64,000 nucleotides of DNA from Gemmataceae bacterium (GTDB lineage Bacteria > Planctomycetota > Planctomycetia > Gemmatales > Gemmataceae). The stretch spans positions 7,284 to 71,283 of the forward strand of contig JAYTGN010000107.1 in the NCBI GenBank assembly GCA_043733485.1, read 5' to 3'. The number at the start of each line of letters is the position of its first letter. Positions within the stretch are counted from its first letter, which is position 1. A program made the translations under genes and the position numbers. The notes beneath the pieces were generated by a model. It had not been told where the DNA came from and did no database searches. It saw only the letters and a program-made list of their open reading frames with translations. This document shows positions 38,605 to 48,192 of this stretch, one piece after another.

Positions 38605-39296
38605 ACAGCGAACCCGATGCGATCCCGCTGGAGTGCGGCCCGACGCTCGAACGCATCCAGGCCGTTCTGGACCGCATTCATCCCGCCTCGATTCTGGCGG
38701 CCGATGCTCATCCGGCGGTTTGTCCGGCTTGCCGGGCGCGTGTTCGCGCGGCCAAACTGATGCTGAATTCGTTCGCAGAACCGAGGGAAGTCCGGGTGCC
38801 CGCGAGTCTGACGAATGCGATCCTCGCCGGTGTGCGAGCCGATCGGCGAATGCGCTCCCGGCGGCGAGCCTTCGCGCTGGTCGGCGGGTTCGCAGCCGCG
38901 GCAGCGGTCGTCTTCGCGGTCTGGTTCAACCAGCCGAAGCCGGTCGAATTCGCGAAAGGAGTTCCCGTTCAACCAGTCCCACGGGTTCCGCCACCAGTGC
39001 AGCCGATGCGTGTGAACGAGGAGCTGGCCAAGGCCGGCGAGGCACTTCGGGAATCGTCGCGAACGATCACCGAGCCGGCGGCGTCCGCACCCCGCGTCTT
39101 CGCCGCGCTGACGGATAGCCTGTTGAAAGCGCCTGCGGCTCCGGTCGGAATCGATCTCGGGCCAGCCGGCCGGTCCCTCTCCGAGATTCCCGATGCCGCG
39201 CGAAGCGGCCTCGAACCCGTGACCGGCACGGCTCAGAAGGCGTTCAACCGGCTCCTCCGCGACGTGACGTCCATGCAACCGAAGATGAAATCGTGA
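38601..39296 (+). CDS. Putative zinc-binding (ZAS) membrane anti-sigma factor
   Basis: ATGA overlap with the ECF gene; HxxxCxxC motif (HPAVCPAC); single TM (FALVGGFAAAAAVVFAVWF). Confidence 0.75.
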   Translation: MNSEPDAIPLECGPTLERIQAVLDRIHPASILAADAHPAVCPACRARVRAAKLMLNSFAEPREVRVPASLTNAILAGVRADRRMRSRRRAFALVGGFAAAAAVVFAVWFNQPKPVEFAKGVPVQPVPRVPPPVQPMRVNEELAKAGEALRESSRTITEPAASAPRVFAALTDSLLKAPAAPVGIDLGPAGRSLSEIPDAARSGLEPVTGTAQKAFNRLLRDVTSMQPKMKS

Positions 39297-39745
39297 TGGC
39301 AACGCCCCACTATTTCCAGTCTAGCGAGCTGACATGTGGACCGACCTGTCTTCGCATGCTCTTCGCGGGGCTTGGAGCGAATCACGAGGAATCTGCCATC
39401 TCGCAACATTGCGGGATGACTCCGCTAGGATGCACCCTACAAGACTTGATTGTTGGAGCGCAGTCGTTGGGGTTTCAAGCGGCGGTACTTTCCGGATTCG
39501 GTGAACCGGACGCTCTCAAATCCTTGAGGAATGAGACGCCGTTTGTTGCCATGATCGATCTGGCGAGCTTGACGAACGAGGGGCCGATGTTCCAGTGGCA
39601 CTTTGTCGTGCCCCTGAGGTTGGTAAAGGACGAGGTCACGTTTCACGATCCTGCTGATGGTCCCGACCGAGTCGTCCCGTGGGAAGATTTCTTGTCCGCC
39701 TGGGCAACAGCGGGATATCGAGGAGTGCGAGTATGGACCCCGTAA
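39293..39745 (+). CDS. Stand-alone C39-like cysteine peptidase
   Basis: QSSELTCGPTCLRM (Q-x5-C), WHFVV (His), FHDP (Asp). No signal peptide and no ABC domain. Confidence 0.8.
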   Translation: MMATPHYFQSSELTCGPTCLRMLFAGLGANHEESAISQHCGMTPLGCTLQDLIVGAQSLGFQAAVLSGFGEPDALKSLRNETPFVAMIDLASLTNEGPMFQWHFVVPLRLVKDEVTFHDPADGPDRVVPWEDFLSAWATAGYRGVRVWTP

Positions 39746-39975
39746 ACCGCGTTCGCGACTTCCTGCTCGACAACGTCGGCCACATGACCTACCCCGGACG
39801 TGCTTCCTACGAACGCGTCTCGGAGCGCTGGTTCGTGCCGATCTTTTGCCGGACCGAGCGCGGGGCCATCGTCGTCGGCGATATCGAACTCGACAAGCAC
39901 GGGCATGTCGTTTTCGCACCCAGTCGCGAGGAAATGTTGCTCCGCCTCGGTGCCCTGACACCAGCATCCGTGTAG
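39733..39975 (+). CDS. Small hypothetical protein (80 aa)
   Basis: GAGGAG SD; MDPVNRVRDFLLDNVG...WFVPIFC...VGDIELD. Start overlaps the C39 gene end by 13 bp. Confidence 0.7.
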   Translation: MDPVNRVRDFLLDNVGHMTYPGRASYERVSERWFVPIFCRTERGAIVVGDIELDKHGHVVFAPSREEMLLRLGALTPASV

Positions 39976-40001
39976 AGAACAACCCACCCCCTTTGGCCAC
40001 C

Positions 40002-41711
40002 ATGCTGCTCCGCTTCCTCACACATTTGTCCTTTCTGGTTCTCTTCGCCTTCCTGGCGAATTCGGCCTCGGCGGCGTCGCCGCGCGAGGAACTGCTGCGC
40101 GTTGCACCGCCCGATGCCGCGCTGCTCCTGCTCGTGCAAAACGCGAACGACCGCGTTCGGAACATCGAGCAATCGCCATTCGCCAAGTGGTTTCCGCAAT
40201 CCGCACTCGGCAAGCAGGTCCTTTCCGGTGTCGATTTGAAGCAGGCCCAGAGCAGCCTCGCACCCATTTTCGCGGCACTCGAGATCAAGCCCGAGGAACT
40301 GCTGGCGGACGTCTTCGGCGAAGCCGTCGCTTTCGCGTACACGCCAACTCCGAACGACGACCCGAAGGGCGAACGCGCCGTCGTGATCGTTCGCCCCCGT
40401 AAACCCGAGACGCTTGCCAGGCTCGTTGCCAAGTTGAACGAGATTCAGCTTGCCGGCGGCGAGGTGAAAGCCGTACTCAGCCGGCGGCACAACGGCGAGG
40501 AATACTTCGAACGCCAGAAGCCCGGCGGCACTTCGGACTTCTATTGCTTCCGAGGCAGCGTCTTCGCCTTCTCCGGCACCGAGCCGGACATTCAGGCCAT
40601 CATCGACCGCGACAAAGCCGACAAGCCGTCGGTGCTTCCCGCGAAACTGGCCAAGCTCGGCGTCGAGAAATCGTTCGTGGTGGCGCTCATCAACCCGCGA
40701 TCGTTCGATGCCGAGGTGAAGGCGAAGGCCGCGAAGGCGAAAGGTGCCGATCGCGTCCTGCTCGAGCGCTTCCAGGAAATCTGGCTCGCGCTCGATTCGG
40801 CGGCGATCTCCCTCGATCTGGATGCGGGTTTGGAGGCTGGTGTTTCGCTCCAGTTTCAGCCGAACAAGCTGCCGGTCGCCGCGCGAACCTGGCTCACGGG
40901 GGTGCGGCAGAACGCCGCGATCTGGCAGGCGATTCCCGAGAGTGCATTGTTCGCCTTGGCGGGTAACGTTCGCATTGCGGAAGCAATCGAGAGCCTGGGC
41001 TCGCTCGCCGCGGCCGATGGCGCAAACCCGCTCAAGACCGCAGCCGAGCAACTCCTCGGACCCGTGTTCGGCAAGGACAAACTCCCTCAGGTTCTGGCGG
41101 CGCTCGGGCCTCAATGGGCTTTCTGGATCGAACAGCCGAGCGGCAACGGGTTCCTTCCCGAGGGTGTCGCGGTCGTTCAAATCGATTCGACGGGTCCGAA
41201 AGGAAAGGCAGCGGCCCGCGAGATTAGTCGCGCCGTCGGCTTCGGATTCAACACCGCCCGCATCGCTTACAACGCGACCCACACCGACCAGATCGAAATC
41301 GACGAGCTCGACGACGGCGGGGTACTCATCACGTCGCTCGTGAACGAAAAGGGCTTTCCGGCGGGGTTTCGGCCCTCGTATGCGTTCAAGGCCGGCTACT
41401 TGCTCGTGGCCACGTCGCCCGAGGCGATCCAGCGATTCCAGGAACCGAAGCCGGGCATTGCGAAGCCCGAGGCCACGCTGGCCCGCGTTTCTGGGGCTGC
41501 GATCCGAGTGTACCTTCACACGCACCGCGAGAAACTCGCGAAGTTCCTGGCCGCTGCTGGGCAAGGGAACGAAGCCGATGTACTCAAACAGTTCGAACAG
41601 CTCGCCACCGTGCTCGAACTCGTGGATCGCCTCGAGATCGTGACGCGGGGCGACGAAGGCGGCATCCGACTCTCCGCCCGGATCCAATTCGCCAAACCGC
41701 TCCGCAAGTAG
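40002..41711 (+). CDS. Secreted hypothetical protein (DUF3352-like)
   Basis: Signal peptide MLLRFLTHLSFLVLFAFLANSASA; long GC3-biased frame. The track start at 39657 is probably too early. Confidence 0.8.
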   Translation: MLLRFLTHLSFLVLFAFLANSASAASPREELLRVAPPDAALLLLVQNANDRVRNIEQSPFAKWFPQSALGKQVLSGVDLKQAQSSLAPIFAALEIKPEELLADVFGEAVAFAYTPTPNDDPKGERAVVIVRPRKPETLARLVAKLNEIQLAGGEVKAVLSRRHNGEEYFERQKPGGTSDFYCFRGSVFAFSGTEPDIQAIIDRDKADKPSVLPAKLAKLGVEKSFVVALINPRSFDAEVKAKAAKAKGADRVLLERFQEIWLALDSAAISLDLDAGLEAGVSLQFQPNKLPVAARTWLTGVRQNAAIWQAIPESALFALAGNVRIAEAIESLGSLAAADGANPLKTAAEQLLGPVFGKDKLPQVLAALGPQWAFWIEQPSGNGFLPEGVAVVQIDSTGPKGKAAAREISRAVGFGFNTARIAYNATHTDQIEIDELDDGGVLITSLVNEKGFPAGFRPSYAFKAGYLLVATSPEAIQRFQEPKPGIAKPEATLARVSGAAIRVYLHTHREKLAKFLAAAGQGNEADVLKQFEQLATVLELVDRLEIVTRGDEGGIRLSARIQFAKPLRK

Positions 41712-41983
41712 AGGCCTTTTTTCGCTCTCGTGCCGCTCGCAACGGTTGGATCGGGTAAGGGCGCGAAACTTTACCGCCCCTTTCACGGCTCTTTCGCCAA
41801 AGCGTCGGGTATAATAGTTCGGGACTTGAACTTTTCTCACGCCCGGCGAACCCTGGAACGGGCTCGGGCGTCTGAAGTGGTGTTCGGGTCGCTCTCTGCG
41901 TCCGCAAAAAAGTTTCTCTCGGCTGAAAATAGTGCATGGATCGCCTTAACCGTCGGGCTTGCCCGATCGGGAGCGAACACGAT

Positions 41984-43585
41984 ATGAGCCGGACGATTCG
42001 CAATAAGACGCGCCTGACGCTGGACGAAACGGACGCCTCGCCCGGAGAGGAAGTCCGCACCGTCCCGGCAATTTCGGACGAAGTCGGGCTCACCGGCCTC
42101 GACGACATCGCGGATGAATTCGACGAGGCGGAGGAAGACACGGACCTGGAATCGGCCGAGGGCGAAGCGCCCGCCGATGCCGAGGCCGCCCCTGCCGAAG
42201 ACGACTACGCCTCCGGTCCGGACGACGCCCTGGGGCTGTACCTCCGCCAGATGGGCGCGATTCCACTGCTGAATCGCGAGAAGGAACTCGCTCTGGCTCG
42301 GCGGCTCGAACACCACCGCAATCGCTTCCGCAAAGCGGCACTGCTCTGCGTGCGGGTGCTGAATCGCGTCGCGGACAAATTCGAACAGATCGCCGGCGGG
42401 CACACCCCGATCGACCCGAACGTGGACGTGTATTCGTCGCCGGAACTGAAACTCACGCGACTTCAGATTCAAAGCCGCCTCGCGAAGAACCTCTTCACGA
42501 TGAAGCGTTTGCTGGGTCAGGAAGCCGAGGAATTCGCGGCCGGCGTTCGCGACGAGTTCCCCGGATCGGTGAAGTTTTGGCAGCGCGTGCGCCTGCACCG
42601 CATGAACAAGTGCGGCAAACTGGCCTCCGAACTCTCGCCGCGAACCGAACTCCTCGAACGCTGGATCGGCGACCTCGCCGACGTGGCCGACGAGCTCAAG
42701 CACTTGGTGAAGGACCACGCCCTGGCGAGTTGCCCGCACGATCGCGCCAAAACCGCCAAGTCGCTCCGCGAGGCCACCGTCCGCGCCGGCATGACTCCGG
42801 ACGAACTCACCGCCTACCTGAAGGTGGTCCGCAAGCGCCGGATCGGGTACCAGCGCGTTCGCCGCGAGCTCGCCGAAGCCAACCTGCGGCTCGTCGTGAG
42901 CATCGCCAAGAACTACCGCAACCGCGGGCTGCCGTTTGCCGACCTCATTCAAGAAGGCAATCGCGGGCTCATGCGGGCCGTGGACAAGTACGAGTGGCAG
43001 AAGGAATTCAAATTCGGAACCTACGCCACGTGGTGGATTCGCCAGGGCATTACGCGGGCGCTGCACGATCACGCCCGCACGGTTCGCGTGCCGTGCCATC
43101 AGATCAGCATGCTCGCGAAGATGGAGCGGAAGCGGAGCGAGATGTCCGCAGCAACCGGCCGCGAGCCCTCGAACGAGGAACTCGCGTTGGCACTCGGGGC
43201 CAAGCCCGAAGACACCCGCAGCCTACGCGTGGTCGGCCGGCATCCCGTCAGCCTCCACGAACCGATCGGCGGCGACGGCGAACGCGCCCTGGAAGACTTC
43301 CTCCGCGACCACCAGACCGTCAACCCCGGCGAGCAAGCCGATCAACGGCTACTCAAGGAACGGATTCACGAGGTCCTCAAGAGCCTGGCTCCGCGGGAGC
43401 GGGAAGTGATCGAACTCCGCTTCGGACTCGCTGACGGCACGCCGAAGACGCTCGATGAAGTGGCCCGGCTCTATGGCATCACGCGGGAACGTATCCGCCA
43501 GATCGAGGCCCGCGGCATCCTGAAACTGCGGCAACCGACCCGCAGCCACCGCCTCGAAGAGTTCGCCGAGACGGATGAAGTGTGA
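41984..43585 (+). CDS. RpoD/SigA-family sigma-70 factor
   Basis: Acidic N-terminus; region 1.2 DALGLYLRQMGAIPLL; region 2 EANLRLVVSIAKNY...DLIQEGNRGLMRAVDKY...KFGTYATWWIRQGITR; region 4 REREVIELRFGL...TLDEV...TRERIRQIE. Confidence 0.95.
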   Translation: MSRTIRNKTRLTLDETDASPGEEVRTVPAISDEVGLTGLDDIADEFDEAEEDTDLESAEGEAPADAEAAPAEDDYASGPDDALGLYLRQMGAIPLLNREKELALARRLEHHRNRFRKAALLCVRVLNRVADKFEQIAGGHTPIDPNVDVYSSPELKLTRLQIQSRLAKNLFTMKRLLGQEAEEFAAGVRDEFPGSVKFWQRVRLHRMNKCGKLASELSPRTELLERWIGDLADVADELKHLVKDHALASCPHDRAKTAKSLREATVRAGMTPDELTAYLKVVRKRRIGYQRVRRELAEANLRLVVSIAKNYRNRGLPFADLIQEGNRGLMRAVDKYEWQKEFKFGTYATWWIRQGITRALHDHARTVRVPCHQISMLAKMERKRSEMSAATGREPSNEELALALGAKPEDTRSLRVVGRHPVSLHEPIGGDGERALEDFLRDHQTVNPGEQADQRLLKERIHEVLKSLAPREREVIELRFGLADGTPKTLDEVARLYGITRERIRQIEARGILKLRQPTRSHRLEEFAETDEV

Positions 43586-43616
43586 TCGCTGCCGCTTGCG
43601 GCTTCGCGATAAAACT

Positions 43617-43646
43617 GCGGCCCACCCGGCATACCGGATGGGCCGC
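43617..43646. terminator. Hairpin between convergent genes (putative bidirectional terminator)
   Basis: gcggccca-cccgg-cata-ccgg-a-tgggccgc. Confidence 0.62.
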
Positions 43647-43670
43647 TGTCGTTTGTGACGGTGCAACCGA

Positions 43671-43955
43671 TTAGACGTGGTCGGGTGAAGGGCCATCGAT
43701 GAGGACTGACGCGCCGACGATACCGAATGCGACTTCGACGCGAACGAGCACCTTATGATCTCCACCGTTCTTTTTGACCTCCACGTTGCGTCGAAAGTAC
43801 ACTTTCGGTGAACCCGGTACGACGGTCATCGGAAGAGGATGATCGGGTGAAATCACACCTCCGTTGTTCTTGTGCCGAACGAGCAGGTTTACAGTCGCAC
43901 CGGTCGGCGGCACTTTGTCGAGGGTCACGATCACATCACGCGGTTTCGGCATCAT
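43671..43955 (-). CDS. Small beta-rich orphan protein (94 aa)
   Basis: AGGAG SD; alternating beta-strand pattern; no signal peptide. Confidence 0.65.
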   Translation of the reverse strand: MMPKPRDVIVTLDKVPPTGATVNLLVRHKNNGGVISPDHPLPMTVVPGSPKVYFRRNVEVKKNGGDHKVLVRVEVAFGIVGASVLIDGPSPDHV

Positions 43956-44010
43956 GGTAGGCTCCTGAGGTTAAAGAATCGTATCGAAGCGTCTCCAACA
44001 GCCTGGAAAC

Positions 44011-44415
44011 TCACGGCGGAGGCAGAATGAAAATGGTTCCACCCGGCTGCGGCTGTCCGGGAGCCGCGTTGCCGATCGTGATGTTTGCGGCAGTGTCCAC
44101 GTCTCCAGGGACAGCAGCGCCGGTGTCGTTGATGTGGGTCGCCGTAATGGTGCAGTTTTGATACGACGTGGTCCCGTCACTCGGTAAAGGCACGGAGAAA
44201 TTGCAGGTCCAGGGAAACGAGCCAGCGGCGGCGATGGGCACGTCCGTCGTGATTTGCTGATTGGAGTATGTGAGGACGCACCGGATGAGGTGTGGGCCGG
44301 TGAGAGGCCGGGGGAGGGCCACTCCGCGGTTCCAGTCGAAATCGCCACCGGCCGGGAAGGTAAATCCGACCGAGGATCCGGCCAGCGGATACTCCAGTTC
44401 GACCTTGGACGCCAT
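44011..44415 (-). CDS. Small beta-rich orphan protein (134 aa)
   Basis: GAGGAG SD 13 bp after the kinase stop; MASKVELEYPLAGSSVGFTFPAGG...; ends ILPPP. Confidence 0.7.
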   Translation of the reverse strand: MASKVELEYPLAGSSVGFTFPAGGDFDWNRGVALPRPLTGPHLIRCVLTYSNQQITTDVPIAAAGSFPWTCNFSVPLPSDGTTSYQNCTITATHINDTGAAVPGDVDTAANITIGNAAPGQPQPGGTIFILPPP

Positions 44416-44428
44416 GAGGACTCCTCGA

Positions 44429-46564
44429 TTACGGGTTACGGTCTGAAAGGGGAATTACGGTCGCGTTGCGGATCGCGACTATCGATCGTCTCGCGATGAT
44501 CCCGAACGACAATTTCGGCGACCATTCCGGCAGTATTTTCTCGGAGCCCGGCGCTTGGGCTTCAAGGTCTTTCTTTGCAAGCTCGTATTGCGTTCGAATC
44601 TGTTCGACGTTCCAGCGAGCGAGTGTCACCATTCTATCCGGATCGTTCTCATTCAGTTTGTCCGCCCGCCACTGGAGGTGTACTTCGTTGGGTGAGAATT
44701 CGGCGATGATCGGTCGCCAAATGCTCGGCTCCGGGCCATTCGCGCCTTGTCGAATCGACGAAGTGAACTTCAGCGATCCCGTCTTATATGCTGGCAATTG
44801 AAAGACGGGTATTTGGGCATCAGGATCTTGAACGAACCCCGAGCGGGTCACCTGAACGCCTCGTGTTCGCGGAGCATTCAGATCCTCCTTGGGCATCTCG
44901 AAATCCTTAAACGTAGCGATGAATAACGAGTGGACTGCCTTTCCTCCCGAGGTGGTTCCTTGGGCGTGACCGAAGTAGAACCCGATTACGTCCGTATCGA
45001 TTGCTCCAGTCGGAGCAGCGAACGCTGCACGATTGTGTTGGAGTTCGAGGCGCACTCGGTAATGTTCGAGACCCAGGTTTGGTATCAGTTCGAGCATCGA
45101 CATATCAAACGCACGAAAACTGCAGGTTCCATTCGGTTCCGTCTGGAGTACGCTTTGTTCCAGCCAAAACCGGTGATACTTCGGCAGACCCGTCTCGCCA
45201 ATCAGTGTTACTGTCTTCCCAGCGGCTAAATCCGCCTTTACGTTGGCGAGATGCGCGGCGATCGGGTCCGGAGATGGGTTGGACTTGGGGGCCGGAGCCA
45301 TCGCGAGGCCCACGATGAAAATCGTCGCGACGATGAGCACCACTCCCGTCCACGCCGCTGCCGGCTTGCGATTCCGACCCAACCAGCGTTGAGCCCTTCG
45401 GCGAGGCGAGAGCAGCGGTGCCTCTTGTTCCGCTCCCGCAAGGAATCGGCCCAAATCGGCGGAGAAAGAGTTCGCGGAAGCATAACGCGCTGCGGGATTC
45501 TTCTCCAACGCCTTCATCACGATGGCTTCGAGTCCGGGTGGGACCTCGGGTCGCAGGCTCCGCAATCGCGGCGGCTCGTCGTTCAACACCTTCTTGAGAA
45601 TCTCGTCGTTCGACTCGCCCGTGAACGGTGGCCGTCCCGCGAGCAAGTGGAACAGTGTGGCCCCGAGGCCGTAAATGTCCGTGGTCGCCGTCAGTTCCTT
45701 GGAGCGACCGGCTGCCGCCTCCGGCGACATATAACACGGCGTGCCCAAGGGGCCGGTCTTTGTCAGGTCGGCACCGCGATCTAAACGCTTCGCGAGCCCG
45801 AAGTCCGAGACGCGCGGCGTGTAGGCGAGTGGAGTTTCCGCCGAATCCGAGGCGTTCTCGAAGAGCAGAATGTTGCTCGGTTTAATGTCGCGGTGAATGA
45901 TGTCCTTGGCGTGGGCGGCCGCGATGGCGTTCGCCGCACACTGCATTAATCGCGCGGCCTCGAACGGCGTCGGCAAGCGGTCCGGCTTCGTCAGGTTCGA
46001 TAGCGTGCCGCCATTCGCGAAATCCATCGTGAAATACGGCTCGCGCCAGGTCGTTTTCACGTCCAGTACGTTGATGATGTTGTCGTGCTTCAGTTCGGCC
46101 AAGGCTCGCACTTCGATTAAAAAGCGGTCGAAGGCCGTGCCGCTGGTCGGGGAGTGCAGGAACTTGATGGCGACATTGCGTTCGGTGGCGTGCTCGTAGG
46201 CCAAGTAGACGGTGCCCATGCCGCCGGAGCCGAGGTTGCGGAGCAGGTCGTAGCCGGGGGGCGCTTCGGGCAAGTACTCCGCATCGAGCGTAAATTGTTT
46301 GGTGTCTGCGTCGGGCTGGGGCGTGGCCGTGAGATTGGCGTCGCTATGCGTGGTTTGAAACTGGACGGCGTAGGGATGATCGGCCGGCGCGATTCGCACC
46401 GGTTGCGCGGTGATCGTACCCGGTCGCTCGGCCACGGCGGACGACGCGGACGTGGAACCTGGAGTGCCACCCGTGCGGAGGCAAACTTCGCACACGTCGC
46501 TCTTGGAATCGAGAGCGATTGGACGACTGCATCGCGAGCAAGAGGAGTAACCGGGGGAGGACAC
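44429..46564 (-). CDS. Hanks-type Ser/Thr kinase with N-terminal CxxC...CxxC, TM and C-terminal beta-sandwich-like domain
   Basis: CSRC...CEVC; LGSGGMGTVY, VAIK, HRDIKPSN, DFG, GTPCYMSPE; TM WTGVVLIVATIFIVGLAM. Confidence 0.93.
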   Translation of the reverse strand: MSSPGYSSCSRCSRPIALDSKSDVCEVCLRTGGTPGSTSASSAVAERPGTITAQPVRIAPADHPYAVQFQTTHSDANLTATPQPDADTKQFTLDAEYLPEAPPGYDLLRNLGSGGMGTVYLAYEHATERNVAIKFLHSPTSGTAFDRFLIEVRALAELKHDNIINVLDVKTTWREPYFTMDFANGGTLSNLTKPDRLPTPFEAARLMQCAANAIAAAHAKDIIHRDIKPSNILLFENASDSAETPLAYTPRVSDFGLAKRLDRGADLTKTGPLGTPCYMSPEAAAGRSKELTATTDIYGLGATLFHLLAGRPPFTGESNDEILKKVLNDEPPRLRSLRPEVPPGLEAIVMKALEKNPAARYASANSFSADLGRFLAGAEQEAPLLSPRRRAQRWLGRNRKPAAAWTGVVLIVATIFIVGLAMAPAPKSNPSPDPIAAHLANVKADLAAGKTVTLIGETGLPKYHRFWLEQSVLQTEPNGTCSFRAFDMSMLELIPNLGLEHYRVRLELQHNRAAFAAPTGAIDTDVIGFYFGHAQGTTSGGKAVHSLFIATFKDFEMPKEDLNAPRTRGVQVTRSGFVQDPDAQIPVFQLPAYKTGSLKFTSSIRQGANGPEPSIWRPIIAEFSPNEVHLQWRADKLNENDPDRMVTLARWNVEQIRTQYELAKKDLEAQAPGSEKILPEWSPKLSFGIIARRSIVAIRNATVIPLSDRNP

Positions 46565-46671
46565 GTCGCACCACGGTTTGGGGTCGAAATCCTGGATGAG
46601 GATTGAGCCTAACCCAACCGTCGAACAAACGCTACCAAGAATTTAGGTGAGGTGTCGGATTTTTTGACAAT

Positions 46672-46702
46672 CCCTCGGCGCGTCTGAGCTCGCGCCGAAG
46701 GG
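46672..46702. terminator. GC-rich hairpin after the lipoprotein gene
   Basis: ccct-cggcgcg-tctgagct-cgcgccg-aaggg. Confidence 0.55.
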
Positions 46703-46712
46703 AATTCCAACA

Positions 46713-47036
46713 TCAATTCTGCTTGACGCCGCCCTTATAGCGCGAGATTTCAGCCGTTTTCGACGGCGGCGGCATCGACTTCCAATCGTACTCGAACTCG
46801 TTGGCCAACTTCTGGGCCGCGGCACTCGCGTTGTCCGAGTTCACTTCGCCGGGCACGATCAACATCGCGGGCGGAATCGGCTTCGGGGCCGAAACCGTCG
46901 CGGGCTCCGGCGCGTCCGCGTCGAGCGATCCCTTGGGCGGAAGGCTTTTCTTCCCGTGAGCGAGGGGGCCGATGGGTTGGAGGCCCGTACACCCGACGCT
47001 CCCGATCAGCAGCATTCCGAGGAGGAGATTTTTCAT
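46713..47036 (-). CDS. Small lipoprotein
   Basis: MKNLLLGMLLIGSVGC lipobox; ATGA-coupled to the upstream gene. Confidence 0.75.
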   Translation of the reverse strand: MKNLLLGMLLIGSVGCTGLQPIGPLAHGKKSLPPKGSLDADAPEPATVSAPKPIPPAMLIVPGEVNSDNASAAAQKLANEFEYDWKSMPPPSKTAEISRYKGGVKQN

Positions 47037-47578
47037 GGCCGCACCTCCCGAATCACGTCTTGGGGCGTGCGGGCCTCGGCGGTGCGCACTGCGGAATCGA
47101 TCGCGGCCGGAGTGGCCGGTGCCGTGAGTTTCTTGGCCGCGACCTTCATTTCATCGGGGCTGTCGTTCGGAGTGCTTTTCGCTTTCGGCAAGCCGAGCGA
47201 CCCCGCGCGGGCGTTGTACAGAGACGTGGCCTGCCGTTCGAGTTCGTCCACTTGCCGCATGAGCGTTTCGTCGTTCGAATCGAGGGCGACCTGGCGAAGC
47301 TTCAGGCAGACCGACATGCGCCGTTCCCAGGCTTCTTGCTCGGCGCGAAGTGCGGAGGCGAGCACGTCGGACGAGAGCGGTGCGACGATCGTCGGCGGCG
47401 TCGAGCCGCGAGCGACCGGCCCGACTTTGGGCTTCGACGGTCCGAAGTACTTGGCGAAGACCGTTGTGGGGGGGGCGGAGGAACGTTCGGGTCGGAGTGG
47501 AACATCCACGGCGAAAGCCGCGGTTCCCACGCCGAGCCAAGCCGTTGCCGCGAGCCCCCAGGCCCGAAACTGACGCAT
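47033..47578 (-). CDS. Secreted hypothetical protein
   Basis: GGGGGAG SD; signal peptide MRQFRAWGLAATAWLGVGTAAFA; helical core AEQEAWERRMSVCLKLRQVA. Confidence 0.75.
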   Translation of the reverse strand: MRQFRAWGLAATAWLGVGTAAFAVDVPLRPERSSAPPTTVFAKYFGPSKPKVGPVARGSTPPTIVAPLSSDVLASALRAEQEAWERRMSVCLKLRQVALDSNDETLMRQVDELERQATSLYNARAGSLGLPKAKSTPNDSPDEMKVAAKKLTAPATPAAIDSAVRTAEARTPQDVIREVRP

Positions 47579-48192
47579 GATGCTCCCCCCCATCCCGGCA
47601 GGACCGCCCTCGGCTCTTCCCCTGAGCCGATGCGACCAAGCGACGCGAATTTGTGGTGTGTCGGCAGGCTTATGCCGGGGAGTTCTCGCGATGTAAATGC
47701 CATTTTGAGCCGAGTGCCCGCGTTTCAGCTCAGGGCAGAAACAACTCGCTTCGAGGCGCCAACAGCCGTAAAAAGCTTCAAGTTAAGATCTTGCGTCGGA
47801 AGTGCCAGCCGATCCGCAACAGCATCAATCGGCTCCTGGAGGCCAGCTGTCGCCTTTGCCGACAGTTTGAACCTAAAAAGCGGGCGAGTTTGAAAACCGG
47901 ACAATCTCTTCAACCGGCAACTTCGTCTTAACGGTTATTGTTGCGCGCTAAGCGGGGTCCGGTCGGCTCGCGATTTGGGTCCGGAAACTGCCTCGGCGTG
48001 GCCGATTCGCACCGCACGACCATCCCTTCCGCTATTGGCGGATTTGTCGACGCCCCTTTTCGCGGGCGTCCGGCAAAATAGGTTGGTTGCGTGGGGTTGT
48101 CCTGTTATCCTTGACGAATCTCGCGGACAATCCAGCGAATCTGCGATCTCATTCCGTTAACTTTTATCCTCGTCGTTCGGGGGAGTGCGCTC

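Noticed and set aside
41810-41815. Perfect TATAAT upstream of the RpoD-family gene (also one at 5161)
   Set aside because: No recognisable -35 or extended -10 at proper spacing, so not listed as a promoter.
39807-41840. 677-aa - ORF
   Set aside because: Antisense shadow of the 40002-41711 gene.
47579-48192. c-di-GMP riboswitch or sigma54 promoter upstream of the giant gene
   Set aside because: No GGCAAACC/GCAAA GEMM pattern and no GG-N10-GC in the candidate sites I checked.
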